Below are positions 11,544 to 22,542 of a DNA stretch of 64,000 nt, piece by piece. This stretch comes from Mustelus asterias. Lineage: Eukaryota. The stretch covers positions 124,001 to 188,000 of the forward strand of contig NW_027590629.1 of NCBI RefSeq assembly GCF_964213995.1, written 5' to 3'. Made by a program: the position numbers and the translations under genes. The notes under the pieces are model-generated. The model saw only the letters and a program-made list of their open reading frames with translations. It ran no database searches and was not told the origin of the DNA. Within the stretch, counting starts at the first letter, position 1, and each line of letters begins with the position of its first letter.

Positions 11544-11648
11544 TTTCACTCCGGAATCTCAGTTTATTGTAACTCGGGTTCAGACAGATCAGTGAATGGT
11601 TTGTACTGAGTGCAGCGGTGAGAATATCTGAGGCTCTTACCCTCCGAC
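11544..11648 (-). pseudogene. NLR LRR exon 2 (degenerate, truncated)
   Basis: The acceptor tctctgacctccAG is followed by DILTAALSTNHSLICLNPSYNKL, then a frameshift, then DSGVK. This is a ribonuclease-inhibitor-type LRR. Confidence 0.72.
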
Positions 11649-11827
11649 CTGGAGGTCAGAGACAAAGGTTACAGGAATCAGAGTAAATCCGTGGTGTTTA
11701 ACAGTAACACGAATACTGACAGGAATGATAGTGTGTAGTGTTTATTAATGACACTGTTACTGACACTGATAATAATTTACACTATCAGACATCCAATTAT
11801 TATAAAGTATCAGAGTCTGATCCTTAC

Positions 11828-11911
11828 CTCAGTACCTGTATTTTGCAGTCTGGATTCCTCAGAGCCGCACACAGTAGTTTCACTCCTCAATCTCTCACGT
11901 TGTGATCCAAA
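11828..11911 (-). pseudogene. NLR LRR exon 1 (84 nt, in-frame stop)
   Basis: Bounded by ctctccatttAG and GTAAGG; translates as LDHNVRD*GVKLLCAALRNPDCKIQVL. Confidence 0.88.
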
Positions 11912-12172
11912 CTAAATGGAGAGAGTGAGAAACACATTAAAATCAGCTGAATTTTCACCAGGAAGAAGAAACTGGGCTTATTTTTGTGTCAGAAACTTAG
12001 CACCAGTGGAAAACTGATTCATGTTACAATACTACGCCGTAACCAGTTGTCCTTTTCGTTAAATGGGAAATAAAATAGTCAGCAATGAAAAATGATGAAC
12101 AGTTGACTATCACTGGTTTGCCGACTGGTGAAAACCACTTGTACACCTCGCAAAATATATATTTGTGTTTAA

Positions 12173-12308
12173 TTGTCCATGGGATATGGGTGTCGCTGGT
12201 GGACCAGCATTTATTTCCCACTGCTAATGGCCCCTCGAGAAGGTGACGGTAATTAGGGATGGGCAATAAATGCTGGTCTAACCAGAGATGCCCACGTCCT
12301 GTGAACAA
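12173..12308. repeat. Hairpin formed by two inverted LINE/SINE tail fragments
   Basis: Arms 12173-12228 and 12252-12308 are imperfect reverse complements (GACCAGCATTTATT / AATAAATGCTGGTC core). Confidence 0.8.
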
Positions 12309-13682
12309 GCAAGTAATTTTTAAACATGTCCCTCAGTCTGGTCTCATTTCCTGATCATCAGAATTACCGTCCTGAATCTCAGAAGCTGCCAAGTTTCTGG
12401 AAATTCAAATCATTTCTGCTGCTACATATATCCAGGATATTATGAGAATTGTACAATTTAGTGAGAGTTAAATGATAAAGCTGTGAGAGTGGATCCCTCA
12501 GGATTCCCTGGACTTCTTAACTCTGACATGAGATTAATCTGTAAAATATCTCAGGGTGAGTTAAAGTGTGAAACTGGGCTAACTGTTGCTGTAAGATCCG
12601 GATTTTATACAGCAAGGAAAGATATTCTCCCATTAGAAAGTTGAAATATTCCTGTTTGATTAGTTTATAGGAGAGGAGTGTCTCCCACTATATTCCATAT
12701 TAAACAGGCTCTACATTTTCTGCAGGTATGCAGTGTTCTGTTTCCGGGAATTCCCGGGAGTTCTCTCTTCCCGATAATCCTTTCCCTTTGTGAGGATCGA
12801 TCAGAAAATCCTGTTTCACGTCACTGACAGTTTGTCTGGCAGTTTCCAGCAGCAGGTTTCCTCATTCAGGAAATTCTGGTTGCCTCGGCTTAGATCTAAG
12901 TTCTGCGGTCCTGCCACATTTGGTTGTGAATGGTAGTGGACGATGAAATAACAGAAGGGGGAGGCTCCACAATATTCCCATCCTCATGATGGAGGAGACT
13001 AGCACATCAGTGCAAAAGATATGGCTCAAATATTTGTAACTAACTTCAATGGCTGAACCATACCGAGGTCCCCAGCATCACAGATATCAGTCTTCAGTCA
13101 ATTCGATTCACTCCATATGATGTCAAGAAACAGCTGAAGGTACTGGATACTGCGAAGATCATGGCTCTTAACAATATTCCAGCAATTGTACTGAAGATTT
13201 GTGCTTCAGAAGTTGCTTTGTTCCGAGCCAAGCTGTTCCAGGACAGCTATAACACTGGCATTTACCCAAAATAGTGGGAAATTGCCCAGGTATGACCGTA
13301 CACAAAAAACAGAACAAATCCAATCTGTCCAGTTACCACTCCATCAGTCTACCCTCGATCATCAACACAGAAATGGAAGGTGTCTTCAATACTATCAAAT
13401 GGCACTAAATTAACAATAACCTGCTCGCTTAGTCAGGGTTACTCAGCTCCCTACCTCATTACAGGCTTGATGCAAACACGGACAACAGAGCTGAACTAAG
13501 GATGTGAGATGAGAGTGACTGCCCTTGACATCAAGGCAGCATATGACCACATGGAGCATCAAGGAGCCAGACAAAAACTGAAGTCAATGGAAATGAGAGA
13601 AAAAGCTGCCGGTTGGAGTAATCACAGTAAGAAGTCTCACAACACCAGGTTAAAGTCCAACAGGTTTATTTGGTAGCAAATA

Positions 13683-13719
13683 CCATAAGCTTTCGGAGCA
13701 CAGCTCCTTCATCAGATGG
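13683..13719 (-). ncRNA. Minimal type-I hammerhead ribozyme in the Penelope pseudo-LTR
   Basis: The reverse complement CCAT-CTGATGA-A-GGAGC-TGT-GCTCC-GAAA-GC-TT-ATGG gives stem I (CCAT/ATGG), the CUGAUGA and GAAA core, stem II (GGAGC/GCTCC) and a short palindromic stem III. Confidence 0.8.
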
Positions 13720-15270
13720 GGTGGATATCTGTTCTCCAACAGTGCACAGACACAGAAATCAAGTTACAGAATACTAATTAGAATGCAAATCTACAGCCAG
13801 CCAGGTCTTAAAGGTACAGATAATGTGGGTGGAGGGAGCATTTAACACAGGTTAAAGAGATGTGTATTGTCTCCAGACAGAACAGCTAGTGAGATTCTAC
13901 AAGGCCAGGAGGCAAGCTGTGGGGGTTACTGATAATGTGACATAAATCCAACATCCCGGTTTAGGCCGTCCTCATGTGTGTGGAACTTTGCTATCAGTTT
14001 CTGCTCAGCGACTCTGCGCTGTCGTGTGTCGTGAAGGCCGCCTTGGAGAACGCTTACCTGAAGATCCAAGGCTGAATGCCCGTGACTGCTGAAGTGCTCC
14101 CCCACAGGGAGAGAACAGTTTTGCCTGGTGATTGTCGAGCGGTGTTCATTCATCCGTTGTCGTAGCGTCTGCATGGTTTCCCCAATGTACCATGCCTTGG
14201 GACATCCTTTCCTGCAGCGTATCAGGTAGACAACGTTGGCCGAGTTGCAAGAGTAGGTACCGTGTACCTGGTAGATGGTGTTCTCACGTGAGATGATGGC
14301 ATCCGTGTCGATGATCCGGCACATCTTGCAGAGGTTGCTGTGGCAGGGTTGTGTGGTGTCGTGGTCACTGTTCTCCTGAAGGCTGGGTAGTTTGCTGCGG
14401 ACAATAGTCTGTTTGAGGTTGCGTGGTTGTTTGAAGGCAAGAAGTGGAGGTGTGGGGATGGCTTTGGCGAGATGTTCGTCTTCATCAATGACATGTTGAA
14501 GGGTCCGGAGGAGATGCCGTAGCTTCTCCGCTCCGGGGAAGTACTGGACGACGAAGGGTACTCTGTCCACCTTGTCCCGTGTTTCTCTTCTGAGGAGGTC
14601 GGTGCGGTTTTTCGCTGTGGCGCCTCGGAACTGTTGATCGATGAGTCGAGCGCCATATCCTGTTCTTATGAGGGCATCTTTCAGCGTCTGGAGGTGTCTG
14701 TTGCGATCCTCCTCATCCGAGCAGATCCTGTGTATACGGAGGGCTTGTCCGTAGGGGATGGCTTCTTTAACGTGTTTAGGGTGGAAGCTGGAGAAGTGGA
14801 GCATCATGAGGTTATCCGTGAGCTTGCGGTACAGTGAGGTGCTGAGGTGACCGTCCTTAATGGAGATGCGTGTGTCCAAGAATGCAACCGATTCCGGAGA
14901 GTAGTCCATGGTGAGTCTAATGGTGGGATGGAACTTGTTGATGTCATCATATAGTTGTTTCAGTGATTGCTCACCATGACTCCAAAGGAAGAAAATGTCA
15001 TCGATGTATCTCGTGTATAGCATCGGTTGAAGGTCCTGTGCGGTGAAGAAGTCTTGTTCGAACCTGTGCATGAAGATGTTGGCATATTGAGGTGCGAATT
15101 TTGTCCCCATGGCTGTTCCGTGTGTCTGGATGAAGAACTGGTTGTTGGTGAAGATATTGTGGTCCAGGATGAAGCGGATGAGTTGTAAAATTGCATCTGG
15201 AAACTGGCAGTTGACGGCATTGAGTACTGAGGCTGTTGCAGCAATGCCATCATCGTGGGGGATGCTGATG

Positions 15271-15610
15271 GGCGGCACGGTAGCACAGTGGTTAGCACTG
15301 CTGCTTCACAGCTCCAGGGTCCCGGGTTCGATTCCCGGCTTGGGTCACTGTCTGTGTGGAGTTTGCACATTCTCCTCGTGTCTGCGTGGGTTTCCTCCGG
15401 GTGCTCCGGTTTCCTCCCACAGTCCAAAGATGTGCGGGTTAGGTTGATTGGCCAGGTTAAAAACTGCCCCTTAGAGTCCTGAGATGCGTAGATTGGCGGG
15501 TAAATATGTGGGGGTAGGGCCTGGGTGGGATTGTGGTCGGTGCAGACTCGATGGGCCGAATGGCCTTCTTCTGCACTGTAGGGTTTCTATGATTTCTATG
15601 ATTTCTATGA
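15271..15610 (+). mobile_element. Full-length HE1-type V-SINE (tRNA head, V domain, CR1-like tail) inserted in the Penelope ORF
   Basis: GGCGGCACGGTAGCACAGTGGTTAGC...GGGTTCGATTCCC (A and B boxes), V domain GTGGAGTTTGCACATTCTCC...TTCCTCCCACAGTCCAAAGA, and a (GATTTCTAT)n tail. Confidence 0.93.
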
Positions 15611-16874
15611 TGTAGAGTGCCGAGACATCCATTGTGACGAGGAGTGCTCCTGGTTCAACTGCTCCATGTGTGTTGAGTTTCTGTAGGAAGTCCGTAGTGT
15701 CGCGACAAAAGCTGGGGGTTCTTTGCACAATGGGTTTCAAGATGCCCTCGACATAGCCAGAGTAATACCAGAACAAAGGAAGATAGTTGTGGTTGTTGGA
15801 GGTCAGTCACACCATCTTCAGGACATCACAGCAGGAATTTCTCAGGGGAGTGACCTAAGCCGCAACCATCTTCAGCTGCTTCATCAATGACATTCCCTCC
15901 ATCATAAAGTCAGAAGTGGGGATGGTCGCTGATGACTGCACAACTTTCAGCACCATTCCTCACTCCTCAAGAGAGCGAAGCAGGACGTGTACAAATGCAA
16001 CAAAAATTGGAAATATTCTGGGAAAGGCTGACAAGTGCCAGGCTATGACCATCTCAAACAAGAGTGAATCCAATCATCTCCCTGTACATTCAATGGCATT
16101 ATCCTCCTGAATCCCCCACTTTCAGCATCCTGGTTGTTACCATTGATCAGACACAGATTAGCCAGATCAATACTGCGGCTCTAAGTGAAGGTTAAAGACC
16201 AGGAATTCTGCGCAGAGTAACTCACCTCTTGACTTCCCAAAATATTTCCACCATCTACAAGACACATGTCAGGAATTTGATTGAATACTATCCAATTCAC
16301 TGCATGACTGCAGCTCTAGATTCAAGAAGCTCGCCACCATCCAGCTTGTTTGATTGGCAATCCACCCATTAACTTCAACATTCACTCTTTCCAGCACAGA
16401 GGTACAGAGTTAATAGTGTGTACCATCTACAAGATGCAGTGCAGCAACTAACCATGGCCCGTTACAAAGCATTTTCCAATCTTGTGATTTCTACCCCTAG
16501 CAGGACGAGGGCAGCAGATGAATGGAAACATTACCCCCTGGAAACTCCCTTCCACGATGCACAACATTCTGGCATGGAAATATATCGCAGTTCCTTCACA
16601 GTGACTGGGTCAAAATCTTGGCACTCTCCAGCTAACGGCACTGTGGGTGCACTTACACCACAAGAGTCCGTACATGCAGTGATGGTGATATGGTAGTGAG
16701 CATAGCTGCTTTCCAAGCAATGCGAACGGGTTTAATTTGCAGCTATCTCAGTTTGTTGGAATGTGTGAAGAGAGGACCAGGAGGCAGTCACCACAATCTA
16801 GAGGTAATCCAATTCAGTCCGGTCTGTGGCTCCAGGCTGGAACAGGCATGTTCAACTTAGCTGGGAGTCGGAAA

Positions 16875-18959
16875 GGCAGTGGATCATGCAGCTACTCTGA
16901 AGGTGGAGGGGCAGTGGATCATGCAGCTACTCTGAAGGTGGAGGGGCAGTGGATCATTCAGCTACTATGAAGGTGGAGGGGCGGTGGATCATTCAGCTAC
17001 TATGAAGGTGGAGGGGCGGTGGATCATGCAGCTACTATGAAGATGGAGGGGCAGTGGATCATGCAGCTGCTATGAAGGTGGCGGGGCAGTGGATCATGCA
17101 GCTACTATGATTGTGGAGGGGCAGTGGATCATGCAGCTGCTATGAAGGTGGCGGGGCGGTGGATCATGCAGCTACTATAAAGATGGAGGGGCGGTGGATC
17201 ATTCAGCTACTATGAAGATGGAGGGGCGGTGGATCATGCAGCTACTATGAAGGTGGAGGGGCAGTGGATCATGCAGCTACTATGAAGATGGAGGGGCAGT
17301 GGATCATGCAGCTACTATGAAGGTGGAGAGGCAGTGGATCATGCAGCTACTATGAAGGTGGAGGGGCAGTGGATCATGCAGCTACTCTGAAGATGGAGGG
17401 GCAGTGGATCATGCAGCTACTCTGAAGATGGAGGGGCGGTGGATCATTCAGCTACTATGAAGGTGGAGGGGCAGTGGATCATTCAGCTACTATGATTGTG
17501 GAGGGGCGGTGGATCATGCAGCTACTATGAAGGTGGAGGGGCAGTGGATCATTCAGCTACTATGATTGTGGAGGGGCAGTGGATCATTCAGCTACTATGA
17601 TTGTGGAGGGGCGGTGGATCATGCAGCTACTATGAAGGTGGAGAGGCAGTGGATCATGCAGCTACTATGAAGGTGGAGAGGCAGTGGATCATGCAGCTAC
17701 TATGAAGGTGGCGTGGCGGTGGATCATGCAGCTACTATTATTGTGGAGAGGCAGTGGATCATGCAGCTACTATGAAGGTGGAGGGGCAGTGGATCATGCA
17801 GCTACTATGAAGATGGAGGGGCAGTGGATCATGCAGCTCCTATGATTGTGGAGGGGTGGTGGATCATGCAGCTACTATTATTGTGGAGAGGCAGTGGATC
17901 ATGCAGCTGCTTTGAAGGTGGCGGGGCGGTGGATCATGCAGCTACTATGAAGGTGGAGAGGCAGTGGATCATGCAGCTACTCTGAAGATGGAGGGGCGGT
18001 GGATCATGCAGCTACTATGATTGTGGAGGGGCAGTGGATCATGCAGCTACTATGAAGGTGGCGTGGCGGTGGATCATGCAGCTACTATTATTGTGGAGGG
18101 GCAGTGGATCATGCAGCTACTATGATTGTGGAGGGGCAGTGGATCATGCAGCTACTCTGAAGATGGAGGGGCGGTGGATCATTCAGCTACTATGAAGATG
18201 GAGGGGCAGTGGATCATGCAGCTACTATGAAGGTGGAGGGGCAGTGGATCATTCAGCTACTATGAAGGTGGAGGGGCAGTGGATCATGCAGCTACTATGA
18301 AGATGGAGGGGCAGTGGATCATGCAGCTCCTATGATTGTGGAGGGGCGGTGGATCATGCAGCTACTATGAAGATGGAGGGGCAGTGGATCATGCAGCTAC
18401 TATGAAGATGGAGGGGCAGTGGATCATGCAGCTACTATGAAGGTGGAGGGGCGGTGGATCATGCAGCTACTCTGAAGATGGAGGGGCGGTGGATCATTCA
18501 GCTCCTATGAAGATGGAGGGGCAGTGGATCATGCAGCTACTATGAAGGTGGAGAGGCAGTGGATCATGCAGTTACTATGAAGATGGAGGGGCAGTGGATC
18601 ATGCAGCTCCTATGATTGTGGAGGGGCGGTGGATCATGCAGCTACTATGAAGATGGAGGGGCAGTGGATCATGCAGCTACTATGATTGTGGAGGGGCGGT
18701 GGATCATGCAGCTACTATGAAGGTGGAGGGGCAGTAGATCATTCAGCTACTATGAAGGTGGAGGGGCAGTGGATCATGCAGCTACTATGAAGGTGGCGTG
18801 GCGGTGGATCATGCAGCTACTATGATTGTGGCGGGGCGGTGGATCATGCAGCTACTGTGAAGATGGAGGGGCAGTGGATCATGCAGCTACTATGAAGATG
18901 GAGGGGCAGTGGGTCATGCAGCTAATATGAAGATGGAGGGGCAGTGGATCATGCAGCTA
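16875..18959 (+). repeat. 35-bp G-rich minisatellite, about 59.6 copies
   Basis: Unit GGATCATGCAGCTACTATGAAGGTGGAGGGGCAGT. GGATC at 16881 and at 18946 are exactly 59 x 35 bp apart. Confidence 0.99.
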
Positions 18960-19079
18960 GTCTGAACCTGTCCACACTGAGTTTAAAAGGAGAATGGTAA
19001 ATCTGACAGTGACACACAGGAAATCTAAGTTCATTGGCCATTAAAAAACTGCCGTTTGGGACTACCTTTATAATGCTGT

Positions 19080-21790
19080 AAATTGGAGGAAGCAACAGAA
19101 AGGGTCGATAACTGTGCTGCTGTTGATGTGGTGTACATAGAACATAGAACATAGAACATAGAACAGTACAGCACAGAACAGGCCCTTCGGCCCACGATGT
19201 TGTGCCGACCTTCATCTGAAACCAAGATCAAGCTATCCCACTCCCTACCATCCTGGTGGCTCCATGTGCCTATCCAATAACCGCTTAAATGTTCCTAAAG
19301 TGTCTGACTCCACTATCACTGCAGGCAGTCCATTCCACACCCCAACCACTCTCTGCGTGAAGAACCTACCTCTGATATCCTTCCTATATCTCCCACCACG
19401 AACCCTATAGTTATGCCCCCTTGTAATAGCTCCATCCACCCGAGGAAATAGTCTTTGAACGTTCACTCGATCTATCCCCTTCATCATTTTATAAACCTCT
19501 ATTAAGTCTCCCCTCAATCTCCTCCGCTCCAGAGAGAACAGCCCCAGCTCCCTCAACCTTTCCTCATAAGACCGACACTCCAAACCAGGCAGCATCCTGG
19601 TAAATCTCCTCTGCACTCTTTCCAGCGCTTCCACATCCTTCTTATAGTGAGGTGACCAGAACTGCACGCAATATTCCAAATGCGGTCTCACCAAGATCCT
19701 GTACAGTTGCAGCATAACCCCACGGCTCTTAAACTCCAACCCCCTGTTAATAAAAGCTAACACACTATATGCCTTCTTCACAGCTCTATCCACTTGAGTG
19801 GCAACCTTTAGAGATCTGTGGATATGGACCCCAAGATCTCTCTGTTCCTCCACAGTCTTCAGAACCCTACCTTTGACCCTGTAATCCACATTTAAATTAG
19901 TCCTACCAAAATGAATCACCTCACATTTATCAGGGTTAAACTCCATTTGCCATTTTTCAGCCCAGCTTTGCATCCTATCTATGTCTCTTTGCAGCCTACA
20001 ACAGCCCTCCACCTCATCCACTACTCCACCAATCTTGGTGTCATCAGCAAATTTACTGATCCACCCTTCAGCCCCCTCCTCTAAGTCATTAATAAAAATC
20101 ACAAAGAGCAGAGGACCAAGCACCGATCCCTGCGGCACTCCGCTAGCAACCTGCCTCCAGTCCGAAAATTTTCCATCCACCACCACCCTCATTCAAAAAT
20201 CATTTGACACAGTGACACACAACAGACTTGTGGCAAAAGCTCATGGAATAAAAGGGAAAGTAGCAACGTGGATAAAAACACTGGATGAACAAGGAGGAAT
20301 GGTCAATGGATAGTTTTCAGGCTGGAGGATGTTGGTCGTGGAAAACCCTTCTGTTTGGTATTGGGATCCATGCTTTTCCCTGATATAACTTTTCAACATT
20401 GCCACAATTATACAGGTTAAAAAACTGTTGCTTATTTTCAGAGCCAAACTGAAGGATAGAAGCACTTTGGTTCAGTTGGAACCAGTTAACCCAAGAAGCA
20501 ACACGGTGTTCACAGAGGGTGCCAGTACAGGCAGGACAGCGGAGGGATTCAAAAAACAGGTCCCAGAAGATAGATAACTGTCAGAAACCAAGGAGGAAAA
20601 GAGGAGTGCCAGGAAGACAGAAGTTAAAGGGACTAAGAACTGATATCTGAACCAGCTACTGCTCTCTGAAATTGAAGAGGGAGGCAGATAGAGGCTCCCA
20701 GTTAAAAATAGAGCTGCAAGGTGCAGGCATGGTAAAGTTTGCGAATGAGAATCCAGACATCTGATGTAATCCTTAAGTTGGTGACACCTTCATACAGCCT
20801 ATGAAGCACTGGTGTACTGTTGGCATGGCTAGGTATGGAGGAAGAATGGAAGGACATATTGAAATATTGGAGGGGGATCCTTGGTGAAGGCATCTGAGAG
20901 AAAGTGTTGTTTGGGGAAATCTTCCAAAGCCTGTTTTCTGAGTGTGGAGTTTAGAGACACTGGTGTGGAAGTGGAACTTGTTTTTTTCACAGCGTGACAA
21001 ACATTTGGGGGATTTAATGAAGAATCCACTCAAGTAACTTTGGGTGGCATCTGTCACTTAGTTTCAGAGTGCTGTGTATCTGATTACAGTTGGCTTGTTG
21101 ATTCACATGGACTGTGTACTTACTGAGAACATTAGAGCATTTTGTGTCATCTTTACTGATCTGCATCCATCTGTGAAGTTAGATGGGGTGAAGTAGTAGT
21201 GCAAACTTTTTAAATAACTGTTTTAGTATTTTGTTAAAGTTAATTGACAACCTTGTTATTCTGTTCATCTACATCTCTAAATAATTTTTAAAAAGTTATG
21301 ATCTACTGAGCTGGAGTTCTGCTCTATGACCTGACTGTCCAGCAGTCAGCTGGGATCATAGCATTGTCAATAGGGCTTAGACTACAAGAGCCAGGAGGCT
21401 GTGCTGAACCTGTAAAATACACTAGTTAGATCTCAGTTCTGGTTGTCATTCATGAGGAAGCCACACATTCTTTAGGAAGAACAGATTGGAGAGGGTGCTG
21501 AAGAGGTTTACAAGGTTGGTTACAGGGGTGAGAACCTTCAGTTAAAAGGATCGATTGGAGAGGTTGGGACCGTTCTTCTTGGAGGGAAGAATGCGAAGAG
21601 GAGATTTGATAGAAATGTTCAAAACAATGCAGGTGCTGGACAGAGCAGGTAGCAAGAAATTGTACAAGGATCGAGAACAAGATTTAAAGTGATTTTCAAA
21701 AGAAACAAATGAAAAGTGAAAAAAAACTCTTTTTTTTCACACAGCGAGTGGTTCAGGTCCGGAATGCACGACCTGGAATTAAGATGGAAG
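19080..21790 (+). mobile_element. Old CR1 RT relic fragmented by later insertions
   Basis: AVDVVY at about 19120 continues after 20190 (QKSFDTVTHNRL...HGIKGKVATWI) and again at 21365-21790 with C-terminal motifs. Confidence 0.7.
19135..20190 (-). mobile_element. Young 5'-truncated CR1 LINE with an intact 315-aa RT/C-terminal ORF
   Basis: ORF 19245-20192 ([28 protein letters not shown]), with a (TTCTATG)n tail at 19135-19165. Confidence 0.96.
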
Positions 21791-21832
21791 CTATTTTATA
21801 CTGGGCCTTTTACAAGGCTGCAGTCAGAACCA

Positions 21833-22017
21833 TGGTACATAAAAACTCGTGCGTTGTTGTAATTTAACAGGAAGGTTTATTTTCATAACTGCGCACCGTA
21901 AGGTTTAATACAAGACTGAACCTCCACCGCAACCCTAACTGATGATGTCACCAGTGATCACGTGATTTGTAAAGGGAATTGTTCCGATATAACACACACC
22001 AACTATAATACATAACA
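21833..22017 (-). mobile_element. Candidate short LTR followed by a PBS-like TGG
   Basis: The minus strand begins TGTTATGTA, contains AATAAA, ends TGTACCA and is followed by TGGTTCTG. No partner LTR was seen. Confidence 0.35.
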
Positions 22018-22542
22018 GAGGCAGAGCGCAGGAAAATAATCCTGATAATAATTAACCATTAACTCAGCTGCACTGAACAGAAGAGGAACTAAATTCTTTA
22101 TAGCATCATAAATAATCAGGTGGTTTCCATTGCGAGAGTGAAATATCCTTTTTTCAGTTTATAGGAAGGCCTTTACACTTCTATTGATTTAAAATTTCTC
22201 CCAGTAATGTTTTTATTCATTCAAGGAATGCGAACATCGCCAGTTATGCCAGCATTTATTGCCTGTGCCGAGTTGCCCACGAGAATCTGCCTTCTTGATC
22301 TGCTGTAGTTTCATCATAGATTCACAGATTTCTTACAGATTCAGAAGGAGGTCAATCAGCTCATCATCTCTGCATCTGCTCTCAAATCAGGATTGACTTT
22401 GTGCCAGTTTCCTCTCCTTTCCCTGTGACCACTGGACATGGTTTTCCTCTTGACTTCCTTAATGGAACCTGCCTCTGTTTTATTTAGAAGAAAGGAAATG
22501 GCTCCTCAACAATTAAAATATCAGCTCAGACCAAACAGTTAC

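Larger units (their letters stand above)
13623..15759 (-). mobile_element. Penelope-like element (Neptune-type), 5'-truncated; RT, GIY-YIG endonuclease and 3' pseudo-LTR
   Basis: ORF 13926-15278 has GTAMG, RYIDD, a CxxxxCxxC linker (CHSNLCKMC) and GIY-YIG motifs (VVYLIRC...WYIGET...R). The upstream part at 15610-15759 has MDVSALY. TSD GAGTAAT at 13616-13622 and 15760-15766. Confidence 0.95.
12890..16680 (+). mobile_element. Old CR1/L2-group LINE ORF2 relic, split by the Penelope insertion
   Basis: Degenerate RT motifs on both sides (GCCCTTGACATCAAGGCAGC; CCATCTTCAGCTGCTTCATCAATGAC; GCTGATGACTGCAC). The sequence is collinear across 13622/15760. Confidence 0.8.

Noticed and set aside
14960-15482. 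Overlapping ORFs and a tRNA-like sequence at about 15.3 kb as a tRNA gene or host CDS
   Set aside because: This is the tRNA-derived head and V domain of an HE1 SINE inside the Penelope element.
16875-18959. CRISPR array (35-bp periodicity; also considered for the 39-bp array)
   Set aside because: The units are contiguous with no unique spacers, there are no cas genes, and the context is eukaryotic.
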